A stretch of 63,910 nt of DNA, filler included, from Octopus bimaculoides (lineage: Eukaryota): assembly GCF_001194135.2 (NCBI RefSeq). It is 8 parts of 8 records of this genome, joined end to end, with 100 filler letters (N's around TTAATTAATTAA, not from the genome) between each part and the next. Parts side by side here need not be neighbours in the genome. Positions count along the whole stretch, not along the records: positions 19,269 to 35,460 come from NC_068990.1; positions 35,561 to 49,635 come from NC_068993.1; 6 more parts are not named here. One strand, given 5' to 3'. The notes under the pieces were generated by a model. The model did not search any database. It was not told the DNA's origin and worked only from the letters and a program-made list of their open reading frames with translations. This document shows, one piece after another, positions 26,153 to 39,165 of the stretch. A program made the translations under genes and the position numbers. Numbering within the stretch: the stretch's first letter is position 1; every line of letters begins with the position of its first letter.

Positions 26153-27171
26153 CAAAGAGAGGAAATATTAACTGAACAACGCGAGTTATTATTATTTTTT
26201 TTTTCGAAGTAACGTTCTTATTCTTATTATTCTGCAGCACCACGTATATTCAGATTATAAGTTTTATGCAAGAATCTAACTTAGTTTAGATTCACATAAC
26301 GCAATAAAGTTCGCATAACATATTAATGTAACTAACGCTCGAACAAAAACGTCATATATACGCCATCTTAATGCTAATTCTGTTACAGAAACTTTCGGAT
26401 CGATAAGAATTAGCAAAACAATTTTTTTGAAGATTTTGGAGAGGCTGAAAAAGAAGACTAACAAAGAAGACTAGAATTTGATTTTGCCTTAATTCAAAAA
26501 CGCCTTTGAAGTACACGTTGGCTAAGGATTATATAAATCTCGCATCACAATGTTATTTATGATAACCAATAGTGATATTTAAAAGCGGAGTGATATCAAG
26601 AAGTAAAACTGCATGGTTAACAAATAACTTATAGAATCTTATTCTGTTTCTTTATATTCGATAAGAAAATAATTCGAATGCATAGAAGTAATTTGACATT
26701 CGTATAACCACTGATCCAAATTTACTTTCTCAGTACGATGTTCTTACGTTACATTATCTATACTGTGCAATCTTCGTGAGGAAAAACAAGGCTGCCGTTC
26801 AAGTATTTTTATTTTTCTATTTTTCTTGTTTCAGCCAATGTTATTAACTATTTTAAAAAGAAAATTATTTAAAAAAACAGAATGTTACAGTCCTTGCGGA
26901 AAGAGATTTTCGTACAGTGTATATTTTATGTGTTAGCGCTTTCGTTGTCCAACATTTCAAACACGCATGTGCTGGGCTAATCCGTGTAAAGGAAGTTGTT
27001 TCTTGTAACAACACTATTACCATTACGAAAAAAGAAAACTTCTGTACGGATTAGTCTAGAAGATGTGTGTTTGAAAAGTTGAACAACAAAAACGGGAACA
27101 CAAAATACTCACTATAAGAAAACTTCTCACTAAAAGTTTTGATATTCTGTTTCCTTTTTATTATTTAAATA

Positions 27172-27660
27172 GTTCTTTTATTCTTTTATTCTTTTACTTG
27201 TTTCAGTCATTTGACTGCAGCCATGCTGGAGCACCGCCTTAAATGGTTTTTAGTCAAAGAAATTGACTCCAGGACTTATTCTTTGTAAGCCGAGTACTTA
27301 TTTTTCGGTCTTTTCCCGAACCGCTAAGTTACGGGGACGTAAACACACCATCACCCGTTGTCAAGCGATGGTGGGGACAAACACAGGTACAAAGAACATA
27401 AATACANNNNNNNNNNNNNNNNNNNNNNNNNNNNNNNNNNNNNNNNNNNNNNNNNNNNNNNNNNNNNNNNNNNNNNNNNNNNNNNNNATATATATATATA
27501 TATATACGAGGGGCTTCTTTCAGTTTCCGTCAACCAAATCCAGTCACAAGGCTTTGGTCAGTACGATGCTATAGTAGAAAACACTTGCCTAAGGTGCCAC
27601 GCAGTGGGACTGAACCCAGAACCATGTGGTTGGGAAGCAAGTTTCTTACCCCCACAGCTA
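27172..27660 (-). mobile_element. SINE family B spanning a gap
   Basis: Tail at 27172-27400 and head at 27505-27660. Confidence 0.8.
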
Positions 27661-28906
27661 TGCATATATCACCTCTTGTTTCAATCATTTGATTGCGGCC
27701 ATGCTCGAGTACCGCCTTAAAGAATTTTTAGTCTTTACCAGCCTTCTGATATATAAGAACGGCAAACACTAGATTTGCTAGCATGCACAAAGTTTCGTCA
27801 ATATAGAATTAACGAGAAAATCGCACGCAGCAGAGCTGAATATAAAACATATGTATGAATATAAAGCAAATGCATATTGGACACGTTCGTGTACACTCGA
27901 ACGTGTAAAGGCCTTTCTCTGTGGGAAATTATTTAGGGAGAATTTTCCCCGACAAAATTAAAAAGGGTAACATGTCTTCCCCAAAACTATAGGCTCTCAA
28001 GATCGGTCTCCTAGATTCTGTGACATACATATCCTCCACTTGGACGGGACGACAGGATTACTCATGAGCATAGTGAAATGAAGTCTTATGCCCAACAACA
28101 TCTTATTACCATGAGTACAACACACTAACCATAAAACCACGCGCTCCCACCACCTCTAAGGTAATGCAAACATACGTACGTACGTACGTAATACATAATG
28201 CTTGTAAGTATGTCTGTCTGTCTCTGTTTCCTTCTGCCTGTCTGTCTGTCTTTTCTATACACACACGCACATGCATGCATACACAAACATACACATATAT
28301 GTATACATATACGGCGAGTTTCTTTCAGTTTTCGCTTCCCAAATTATCTTACAAGGCGTTGGTTAGTGCGGGACTGTCGTAGAAGACATTTCTCCAAGAT
28401 GTCACACATTGGGACCGATCTCAAAACCATATAATTGGGAATATTCTCTTCCTTTTCTTCTTTTATACTTTTCTGTTATTTTACAGTCTATATTCCACAT
28501 TAAATTTACTGCATTATTGCAATTACTGTATATTTCTCATCTAACCTGATTTTACCTGAGATTTATGGGAATATAAAGAGAAAGCAATTATAATTTTTAT
28601 CCATAATTACTGCATTTTATAGTGTTCATGTTATATGGATTATATTTCAAATTGTAAGAATATCTAGATGCTATACAACAGGAAATTTGTGTCGGATTGG
28701 AAGTAACCGGTTACATTTGTCTACGCATATTTGAAAGTGGTGGACAGTAGTGTCGCTGAACATAGCTTTCTTACAGAACGGTCACTGATTCGTTGGAATC
28801 CAGGAGGCGAGTGTGAGAAGTAAATGTCTTTATTTTATTTCATCAATGTCACATACGTCACCTCTGAAATGAATCGCAACATTCAACCAGAAACTTTTAC
28901 ACTCTT

Positions 28907-28943
<37 letters not shown>

Positions 28944-29772
28944 NNNNNNNNNNNNNNNNNNNNNNNNNNNNNNNNNNNNNNNNNNNNNNNNNNNNNNNNN
29001 NNNNNNNNNNNNNNNNNNNNNNNNNNNNNNNNNNNNNNNNNNNNNNNNNNNNNNNNNNNNNNNNNNNNNNNNNNNNNNNNNNNNNNNNNNNNNNNNNNNN
29101 NNNNNNNNNNNNNNNNNNNNNNNNNNNNNNNNNNNNNNNNNNNNNNNNNNNNNNNNNNNNNNNNNNNNNNNNNNNNNNNNNNNNNNNNNNNNNNNNNNNN
29201 NNNNNNNNNNNNNNNNNNNNNNNNNNNNNNNNNNNNNNNNNNNNNNNNNNNNNNNNNNNNNNNNNNNNNNNNNNNNNNNNNNNNNNNNNNNNNNNNNNNN
29301 NNNNNNNNNNNNNNNNNNNNNNNNNNNNNNNNNNNNNNNNNNNNNNNNNNNNNNNNNNNNNNNNNNNNNNNNNNNNNNNNNNNNNNNNNNNNNNNNNNNN
29401 NNNNNNNNNNNNNNNNNNNNNNNNNNNNNNNNNNNNNNNNNNNNNNNNNNNNNNNNNNNNNNNNNNNNNNNNNNNNNNNNNNNNNNNNNNNNNNNNNNNN
29501 NNNNNNNNNNNNNNNNNNNNNNNNNNNNNNNNNNNNNNNNNNNNNCAACCAAGATGGCGAAATAACCACGACACAATACCCCTTGAAAAGCTAATTTAAA
29601 TAGCGAAAACCGGTTGGGATTTTACAACACCCATTTAATATGTATATATTATATAAAAAAAATATTAAACTATGCGAAACGAAGACATTTTTCTTCATTT
29701 TCCTTTACATTTTTTCAACTCATAATTTCACCACGTGTTGTTTACTGAATCTCCAGTATTCTTACTACTATA

Positions 29773-29804
<32 letters not shown>

Positions 29805-30034
29805 CATACATACGTACGTACATACATGTAAAACCTCGAAATCTCGTGTATTCTCGTCTATTACTTGTATTCCCAGGTAGAATACTTGGAGATTCTAAAT
29901 ATCTTCCCGCATGAAAACATTGGTTGCGTTTTAAATCTACAAATGAAGAATATAAATCCACTAAATGCAGTGTTCAACACTCATTGTCACTTATTTACAT
30001 TTGACGGATATTTGTCCTCATCTTGTTTGTTGTT

Positions 30035-30080
30035 AACACAACGTTTCGGCTGATATACCCTCCAGCGTTCATCAGGTGTC
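30035..30080 (-). ncRNA. Minimal type I hammerhead ribozyme
   Basis: GACAC-CUGAUGA-A-CGCUG-GAGGGUAUAU-CAGCC-GAAA-C-GUU|GUGUU; predicted cleavage 30040/30039; one C.C mismatch at the base of helix II. Confidence 0.75.
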
Positions 30081-30395
30081 TTGGGGAAATTTCGAATGAA
30101 ATTATTGTGCCAAGTAGCTGTTTTTTTTTTTTTTTTTTTTTGAGACACGCAATCTAAGCAAAATTCCGAAGTATAATCAACGCTACACAATATGACAAGG
30201 AGAAGGATTGATGTCTCAATAACAGGTACTGTTCATCTGACTAATTTTTCTACTAATTCTGTTTACCCTACTTCAGTCACAGTGCTTTTGTCGAACCGAA
30301 ATAATAATAAAAGGTTTTTGACCAAGAGACCATGCAGTGAAACCGAACCCCGGATCTCATGGTTGCGCCACGAACATTTTTGATCACTGACCATG

Positions 30396-30450
<55 letters not shown>

Positions 30451-31026
30451 ACCTTTTTTGCATCGTAACTGAATAATAAAAAAACAATTACAAACGAAAG
30501 ACTTTTCACTGGCGGTGTTTCCTGTATTTTCCATCACCCAGTTAATCATTTTTCCGATGCTTGATTATTATTGAAAGGTAAAAATCAATGTATTTATAAA
30601 TGAATTTTGAACGAAAACTACATGTACTGTGCCTCCGTCCCTTGCTCTACACTTTTACTGCTTCTGTGATTTTGTTGCCTAAAAATCTTATCTAAATTAA
30701 TGATTTAGTCTTGAAGTAAAACTCCAACTTTTGTAAAGAATTGCGAAAAAGCATGGTTAATGCACGACGCTTTATTAAAAACCTGAAGAAGAAGAAAATA
30801 TATATTATAGCAAAATCTAAACAACATTAGTCGAGGACTTTTAGCATTTATTTACAAGTTAATTTTATTATTTTTTCTGTCGTTACGATAGACATATTTG
30901 AGATTCATTTGACTTCGTTAGCTCAAGTATGGCTTCGACATAGTTTTCTAAAGAGCGTGAGAATGATTCGCTAAATAATTATACAGCAACTCGTATTTGT
31001 TGTCATAATATTATTTAACACCTAAC

Positions 31027-31063
<37 letters not shown>

Positions 31064-31338
31064 GTCATCGTCATCATCATCGTCATCATCATCATTATCA
31101 TCTCACCTAGCACTGAATCGACTTCACCTATTAGTATCCTATATCCCAATTATGCTTTCCATTACTGAACTATTATTTACCATAGTAGTATATATTATTC
31201 ATGCAGAAGGCAACCCTGGGAAATATTTCCATTTCATTATTTCAAACGATCTAATTTCTGATTATCATTCACTCAAGTTCGTTATCCTCTCAGGCATTCT
31301 AAGTTATAAGTATCTGTCTGTCTGTCTCTCTCTCTCTC

Positions 31339-33755
31339 ATAATGGTAGTGACAAAAGAAAAGATCCATGGTAGAAAAGAAGAATCTAGGCAGGGTTAGAC
31401 AAACACTCGAAGGAAACCACTGTGTTAAACCGAAAGGAGAAAGGGGAGCTTAAAAGCGAACAAAAATACTGGGCGCTGAAAAGGAAGTATGATATTGAAA
31501 GAAAGGGCCTGAAAGTAGTAGTGGAGGAACTGAAACAGCGCCTCGTTGCAAAGAAAGCAAAGATGATAAGATACGACCAACGAATGAAAGGTTACCACCA
31601 GAATACGTTATTCAGAGTAGAACAGAAGAGATTCTATAAAGAAATAAATGGAGAGTGTGCAGATGAAAAGTTGATACCAGATAACATTGAAAGTCAAAGG
31701 TTTTGGAGTGACATCTGGAGTAAAGACAAGGAGGACAAGAAGGATGCTGAACTGTAACAAACAGTAGTCAGTCCAAAACAGGCAGAACTAGTCATTTCAG
31801 TTAGGGAAGTGAGGGAAATCAGCAAACAAATGAGCAACTGGAAGGCCCCGGGCCCAGATGGAGTTCAGTGCTACTGGATCAAAAGATTTGGTGAATGTCA
31901 TGCACGAATAGCTATGCAACTCAACATCTTGTTAAATGCCGACCGAGGAACACCAGAGTGGTTGACATTGGGTAGGACAGTGCTGTGCCTGAAAAACATC
32001 GAAAAAGGCAATACGGTAGACAATTACAGTCCGATATCCTGTTTGCCACTTATGTGGAAGTTATTGACTGAAATACTTGCAGAGTCAATATACGAACATC
32101 TGGGAAAAAATGGAGTCCTGCCACATGAGCAGAAGGGTTGCAAGCGTAAGTGCAGAGGTACCAATGATGAACTCCTGATAGACAAAACTGTTCTTAGAGA
32201 TTGCAAGAGGAGGAAAAGTAACTTAGCCATGTCATGGATCGACTATCGTAAGGCGTACGATATGATCCCACATTCTTGGATTATGGAGTGTATTAACCTA
32301 TTTCGTATTGCATCGAATGGAGTCGGACTGAAAAAGTGTGATGTGTTAGTCTTGAAGAGAGGCAAAATCAAATGTATGAACAGGTTAACGACAACGTCGG
32401 GGGAGGTTATGAAGCAGATAGAAGAGACGGGCTATAAGTACTTGGGGATTTGGGAAATGGATAAATTGATGGAGAAAGAAATGACAGAAAAATTTAAGGT
32501 GGAGTACTTGCGGAAAGTGAGACTGATCCCTAAGTCGAAATTAAATGGACGGAATAAAATCGAAGCTATCAACACCTGGGCGGTTTCACTCCTTAGATAT
32601 GGAGCAGGGGTAATTGCATGGACAGTAGTCGAACTAAACAGCTTAGACAGAAAGACAAGGAAGTTTCTAACCACCCAAAAGTGACACAAAAAGTGACACA
32701 AACAGACTGTATGTACCAAGAAAAAGAGGGGGAAGAGGACTTATTGGATGCAAACACAGCATTAAAGCAGAAGAAAACAACATAGCATGGTATGTAAAAA
32801 ATTCCACAGAACCGCAATTATTAGAAGTAGGAAGGTCAGGTTTGTGCAGGATGAAATATTACAAAGATAAAGCTCTATACAAGAAATTGAAAACGAATGA
32901 AACTGAAAATAGGTGGGTAAAGAAAAGAATGCATGGTCAATTTCATAGGGATGTTGAAGATAAGACAGACCTAGAAAAAAGATGGCTGTGGATGACTAAA
33001 AGTAATTTAAAACCGGAAACGGAAGCTCTAATATGTGCTGCCCAAGAGCAAGCACTAAGAACAAACTACATAAAATACAGAATAGACAACACAGGAGAAA
33101 GTGATAAGTGCAGAATCTGTGGACAAAACGGTGAAACCGTATGGCATATTACCAGCCTATGTACGCCACTACCCCAAAAGGAATATAAGAGACGGCACGA
33201 CAATATAGCCAGGCTTGTCCATTGGACACTCTATAACAAGTATGGACTTGACAGAGCAAAAAATTGGTACGACCGCAAACCTGAAGGCATCGTCGAAAAT
33301 AGAAATGCAAAGATCCTGTGGGATCTTATGATTCAGTGCGACCATGAGATAGAGAATAGGAAGCCGGACATAGTCTTAATTGAGAAAGAAAACAAACTAT
33401 GTTGGATCATAGATATAGCATGCCCAGCTGACAACAAGGTATGTGATAAGGAAGAAAGAAAAGATGAGAGATATGACAGGTTAGCTTGGGAAGTTAAGCA
33501 GTTGTGGTCGATGAAAAAGGTAGCAATAGTACCAATAATTGTCAGAGCCCTGGGAATACTGAGCAAAAATCTCGAGAAGTACGTGGGACAAATATGGGCT
33601 GCAATAAGGGTGGAGTATTTGCAGAAAACAGCACTGCTTGGAACGGCTCGAATACTGCGGAATGTGCTCGAAAAATAAGAGGTGTTACCTTAGTTCACTG
33701 GTAGTGAACAGCTGACACTGTAGTGCATCTCCATCGGTGGAAGCTGTGCAAAGGC

Positions 33756-33798
<43 letters not shown>

Positions 33799-33803
33799 GT
33801 AAT
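31339..33803 (+). mobile_element. R4/Dong-clade non-LTR retrotransposon (RT + CCHC + RLE), 5'-truncated, internally deleted, (AAT)n tail
   Basis: KAPGPDG, PISCLP..WKLLT, WIDYRKAYD.IPHSW, CRICG...ETVWHI.S.C, RHD, KPDIVL..IIDIACP motifs across ORFs 31422-33678; tail 33747-33803. Confidence 0.92.
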
Positions 33804-33922
33804 CGGAAAAGTATTAGATAGCTGAAAAAAACGGATAGCATTGGTATCTTAAGCTGCAGGTAGCAAGCCCGCTACGCATGCAAGGCTCCAGGAGCTCCAA
33901 GAAAACCTGTGATAAAGAGAAA

Positions 33923-33924
<2 letters not shown>

Positions 33925-33973
<49 letters not shown>

Positions 33974-34090
33974 GNNNNNNNNNNNNNNNNNNNNNNNNAG
34001 AAGAAGAAGAAGAAGAAGAAGAAGAAGAAGAAGAAGAAGAAGAAGAAGAAGAAGAAGAAGAAGAAGAAGAAGAAGAAGAAGAAGAAGAAG
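33925..34090. repeat. (CTA)n and (GAA)n microsatellites separated by a gap
   Basis: Direct inspection. Confidence 0.95.
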
Positions 34091-34825
34091 GTATGCTTTT
34101 AAGAAAACAAAAGAAATCTAACGGTAAAAGTTTACTTTAGATTCTATACTTTTATGCAGACTTGTATCGAGCTGAGATTCGATCTGCTTGGAAATGATTT
34201 AGCCTTAACGATAACGATTTCAAATGAAACTACGCTCGTGGAGCAACCGAATTTCTTCAGCCTCTTTGAAAGGCTATTTATTCAAATTATAATGAGTTTA
34301 TGCAATTATATTTATTTTAAGTACAAATAAACCTGCACAATTCTCTGTACTACTGGTGCTGGTGTGCAATATTTCATTGCTGGCGAGTATTTATCCTCCA
34401 TTAAATGCTGACTTCAAATACCCAAGAGAGTACTACTTCAAAGGACTCGACTCAATCTGTCCATCTTGCTCTGGAAACATCGTCTGAAAAGTTAATTAAT
34501 GAAGAATGCGTGTAATGTGTTATTATAGCAAATTAATTCAGCGTCTTTATGACACTGTGGATTAAGGGAATTGATCCACATCTTAATTTCATACACGAAT
34601 TTTATAGCACATAATGATTATACTTTGCACAAGTCTTAGAACGAAGAGCATATATGCACCAAATGAACTACATGTGAAAGAATTGATTTTAGGCAAATGT
34701 CTGGAGAAAGTAATGCTTAAAGAAATAATTAAATACATACATACATACATACATACATACATACATACATACANNNNNNNNNNTACATACATACATACAT
34801 ACATACATACATACATACATACATC

Positions 34826-35170
34826 AGACGTGAAATAATGATTTGGGATAGAGAAGAGAAACTACAGTTGTGGAAATTAGCCGCCCAGCAGATGTTAACA
34901 TAAACCTGAAGGTCAGTGAAAAAGCGAACACCTATGCTGAACTATTGAGAAATCTGCAGTTACTCTATCCAGATGACAAGGCCTTGGCATATGTAACACA
35001 CTGCCTAAATACCAATCTTCAGAAATTAGGCTTCTCCAAACCAGAAAGGAGAAAGCTAATTCGAAGACTACAGATCCAATCCATCACTGGAACGGTAAAA
35101 ATCCGTAGAACGTTCCAGAAGTTTATCATTTAACTATATGTCTTGATATGCAACTATATTCATGAGAATA
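34826..35170 (+). mobile_element. 3' end of a second RLE-type (R4-like) LINE embedded in (ACAT)n
   Basis: R[P]DIMIWDREEK / VVEIS[C]PADVNI..K..EK.NTYAELLRNLQLLYP..GTVKI remnants, short 3' UTR, (ACAT)n on both sides. Confidence 0.75.
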
Positions 35171-35560
35171 CATACATAAAACATACAAATCTGCACATAC
35201 CTACCTACCTACGTACCTACCTACCTACCTACCAACCTTCATACGTACATACATACATACATGCATGCATACATACATACATAGATACATACATACATAC
35301 ATGCATACATACATACATACATACATACATACATACATACATACATACATACATACATACATACATTATTGCTGCATCTCGATTTGGAAGAATGCTATCG
35401 CTTGAATGTTCTGTTAAAGCGACACAAATGTGGCTTTTCGGTCCTGCAATGGACCTACACNNNNNNNNNNNNNNNNNNNNNNNNNNNNNNNNNNNNNNNN
35501 NNNNTTAATTAATTAANNNNNNNNNNNNNNNNNNNNNNNNNNNNNNNNNNNNNNNNNNNN

Positions 35561-35925
35561 ATACCTCAAGTCTTTGGTCCTCACGGCGCAGAACATTGGC
35601 AAATCTTTTCTTATCTGCTTCCCCTCTGGCTAAATAAACTTGTCACCTAGCTTCCCTTCTGGCAGATTGGTACAATTCCCTGCTACCTCCGTTCTTCCAG
35701 TCCTTCCAAGCCTGTTTCTTTTGTCTAATAGCCCTGTCTACCTCCTTGTTCCACCACCACGTCACTCTGGGTCGAGAGGGGACTTTACCCCAGCCACAGA
35801 TCTGGTCGGTGGCTCTCAGCAGGTTGTCCCGCAGAAATCTCCAATTGTCTTCCATGTTGTATGATGCTATACCCCCTTCTATTTCGTCAAATGCTTCGAG
35901 TAACATGTCTGAGTCTCTGTCCATT
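35561..35925 (-). mobile_element. RTE-clade LINE ORF fragment
   Basis: RPRVTWWWNKEVDRAIRQKKQAWKDWK linker typical of RTE elements; one stop. Confidence 0.75.
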
Positions 35926-35972
35926 TGCAGCGTATTTGTGTGTGCGTATATAGCATTAATTGATAGTAAGAG

Positions 35973-36006
<34 letters not shown>

Positions 36007-36139
36007 GNNNNNNNNNNNNNNNNNNNNNNNNNNNNNNNNNNNNNNNNNNNNNNNNNNNNNNNNNNNNNNNNNNNNNNNNNNNNNNNNNNATATATACATA
36101 ACATATATATATTATATATATGTATGTATGCCTGTATAT

Positions 36140-36430
36140 ATGTGAGATAATAGTTTCAGTATTAAAGCGAAAATATCTGACATTACAATAGAGAGAAGTT
36201 ATTGTTTCACTTTTGACATGTAATACTGCAATATTGGTGGAGATGTGATATTGCACTGGGCTAGCACTAGGCAAGAAGTTAAAAATTTTTGGGGGCCTAA
36301 AACACTTCCTGGACCCTAAGTAAGGCATGTGTAAAATTTGAATGAAATTGGTTGTGTAGTTCTCAAGTTTTAGGGATTCACACAGACAGACAGACACACA
36401 CACACATTCTCATCTTCATATATACAGATA
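36140..36430 (+). mobile_element. Probable non-autonomous Helitron-like 3' end
   Basis: AAAATTTGAATGAAATTGGTTGTGTAGTT...CACAGACAGACAGAC...TATATACAGAT resembles invertebrate Helitron/DINE termini (recalled). Confidence 0.4.
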
Positions 36431-36500
36431 CAAAACTTCAGCCATGTAACTACACACATACTGTTGGTGATATTTTTCCTTCACTGGACTTTTCCAGTTT

Positions 36501-36537
36501 CCTTTCTGATGAAGAGCTATGCACGAAGTGTCAAAAA
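36501..36537 (+). ncRNA. Decayed minimal hammerhead
   Basis: UUU-CUGAUGA-A-GAG-CUAUG-CAC-GAAG-U-GUC|AAA; three substitutions from a functional motif; downstream CCGAGCATCAAACTAATACA shared with the 60726 locus. Confidence 0.6.
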
Positions 36538-36619
36538 CTCTCTTTTTAACCGAGCATCAAACTAATACATTCTATGTGCATATCCTCTTGTTGTTTTGTT
36601 ATCATTACTTTTTATGCTA

Positions 36620-36812
36620 GTGGCACGTAAACACACCCCAGTGTCATGCAAATGGCATATGAAAGCACTCATTACACTCTCGGAGTGGTTGGTGTTAGGA
36701 AGGGCATCCAGCTATAGAAAACCATGCCAAATCAGGCTAGACTCTGGTGCAGCCTGGTCAAAACTGTCCAACCCATGCCAGCATAGACAACAGACGTTAA
36801 ACAATGATGATA
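36620..36812 (+). mobile_element. RTE-tail repeat family C
   Basis: GGAAGGGCATCCAGC..CCAACCCATGCCAGCAT..GACGTTAAACAATGATGAT; inverted copies at about 43585-43800, 44030-44155, 50115-50160 and 52835-53040. Confidence 0.65.
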
Positions 36813-38007
36813 TATAGTTCAATGCATTTTTCCTTTTGTAAGCAAAGGAGCTGTAATTTTGAAGGAGACTCACCTGCTCTTTTTAATACATACATACACA
36901 TATGTATATATTTATGCACACACAAACCATGGATTTTGTTTTGAAGCACTTGAATGTTTCTAGTTCTGTTTCTGGCCCATCTCTTTCCACCCCTCATATT
37001 CTACATTTTCTTCAATACTTTAATGCTGTTCAAATCTTGCTTCTCACTCACCACCCTTCCTCTCTTTCTCTCTTTCTCAATCTACTCATCTGCTCACAGA
37101 CCTCAACAGTGTCAAGTAAGACTGTATATAATACAGCATCTTACACATACACATTTCTCGCTTCCCCTTGCCAAACTCTCACACACATTTATTCTCTCTT
37201 CCTTCCGCCCTCTCTCTCTCTCTCTCTCTCAAATACACTCACACAAGTTTGTATATACATATGCACTGCTGCTTAGCGAGGGTGTCAGCCAAGCTATAGT
37301 ATTTACCAAGTGGCCCTTGTCACAATTACAAGAAAACAGAAAACACATACAAATACTGTAAATTATAGAAAACATAATTCTATATGTGTGAGTGTGCATG
37401 CACATGTGTAATAGCTATTTGTCATATATCCATAAAAATAGCCTTCCACATTTAATGTTGTGATATTTGATGATACTGTAATATTCTAACATATTACCAG
37501 GAGAAACTGACTTGCCTGTACAAATTTATTTTCTCCATTTCTAAGCACATACATACACACAAATATTCATGAAAGAAAATAAGCACAGATTCATCCTCAC
37601 ATATACACCATTTCTTTCTAGCTTTCTCTCTCCCTCTCTTTCTCTTTTTATTTATGTCTGATTTAATATGTATTAGATATGCAACTAACAACTTTCTCAC
37701 TGCAAATTAGTAAAACTAGTGTAGGAACCTTGATCTGCTAGAATTAAAAGATAAAACCCCCCTTGAATTACATTCCACCATGTTATTTAAGAATTGATAA
37801 CATAGACCAAGAAAACTATAAAATACATGGTCCTAGTTTTTGATAATGGGATTACTTGTTCAGGGTTGATCTGGGTGGGATTAAACACCAATAATGATAC
37901 TACCATCACCAATTTGAGAAGGCTGTATGCAGTTCCCAACCCTACTAGAAATACAAGCCAAATATCCTTCTAATCACACACTATCATTCTGAAAGAAAAA
38001 AAAGAGA

Positions 38008-38385
38008 ACATATTGGTACAGGTGTGGCTGTGTGGTGAGAAGCTTGCTTCTCAACCAGGTTGAGTTCCACTGCATGGCACCTTGGGCAAGTGTCTTCTAC
38101 TATTGCCTCAGGCTAACCAAAGCTTTGTGAGTGGATTGGCAGATGGAAATTGAAAGAAGCTCATTGTATGTATATATATGCCTGTGTGTATTTGTGTTTG
38201 CCCCCCCCCCCCATCACCACTTGACAACCAATGTTGATGTGTTTGTGTCCCCATAACTTAGTGATTCAGCAAAAGAGAATAATAAAATAAGTACTGGAGT
38301 CGATTCATTTGACTAAAAAAAAATTCAAGGCCTTGCCCCAGCATGGTCAAAGTCAAATGACTGAAACAAGTAAAAGATAATAGAT
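38008..38385 (+). mobile_element. SINE family B, full length, CpG-eroded
   Basis: GGCACCTTGGGCAAGTGTCTTCTACTAT CORE-like segment; diagnostic CpGs converted to TpG/CpA. Confidence 0.85.
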
Positions 38386-38959
38386 AAAAGATTGGATAAT
38401 TCAATCTAGGGAACAAAATGTCTGATAAAATACAGGATGTTATAGGCTGACTCTGGGGCTACATGACAATGCATCACCATCTGGTTGTTGTTAGGGTAAT
38501 TAATTGACTTGGTGTGGTAATATTATTGTTGATATCATTTACACCTAAGTCAGTAAAGGCATTCCAGCCATCACTACCTCTTTTTGCTTGTCTAGGAGTA
38601 TTTTTTTTCCAAATGTCCAGTTGGCATTGTGTGATTTGAGGGAATATGGCTGCTATTCCTAGCCAGTTCAATGGTACCAGAGAGACTTCTTGTTTATGTT
38701 TATGGAGTTATTTATTTCCAGGTCAACTCTGATAGAGTAGAACTATGACCAAAGGCATTCCAGCTACAACTATCCTGTCTTTCTGTGTATAATGGAATCT
38801 GGGCCACTATTCACAAATTCCTCTTTAAGATGGTAGCTCTGGGGGATATTTGGCTATTATTTCTATTAGTGTTAATAACAGTTGCTATTGCTTAGCTCTG
38901 TATTATTTCTGATAAAATAGGCCTGGTCAAAAAGCATTGTAATTGTGACCATTCAATGT

Positions 38960-39165
38960 GTGTGTCTTTGTTTGTAACCCACCACCACTTGACAACTGGT
39001 ATTGGTTTGTTTACATCCCTGTAATTTTGTAGTTCAGCAAAAAGAAGCTAATAGAATAAGTATCAGGCTCTAAAATAATAAAAAAAAGTAATAGTATTGT
39101 TTGATTAAAACCTTCAAGGTGGTGTCTTCCTAGCATGGCTGCAGCTAATGACAGAAACAAGAAAG
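38960..39165 (+). mobile_element. SINE family B, 3' half, CpG-eroded
   Basis: Aligns with the 2385-2594 copy. Confidence 0.75.

Noticed and set aside
28866-28875. Possible 7-nt minus-strand microexon (TTTCAG|AGGTGAC|GTATGT)
   Set aside because: Not frame-preserving and unsupported by anything else.
34215-34265. Minus-strand CTGAAGA...GAAA spacing
   Set aside because: No helix I complement and poor helix II; chance match.
36462-37540. Apparent in-frame minus-strand exon pair (37516-37540 with GC donor, 36462-36516)
   Set aside because: The second 'exon' overlaps a decayed PLE hammerhead repeat and the first needs a non-canonical donor; most likely coincidence.
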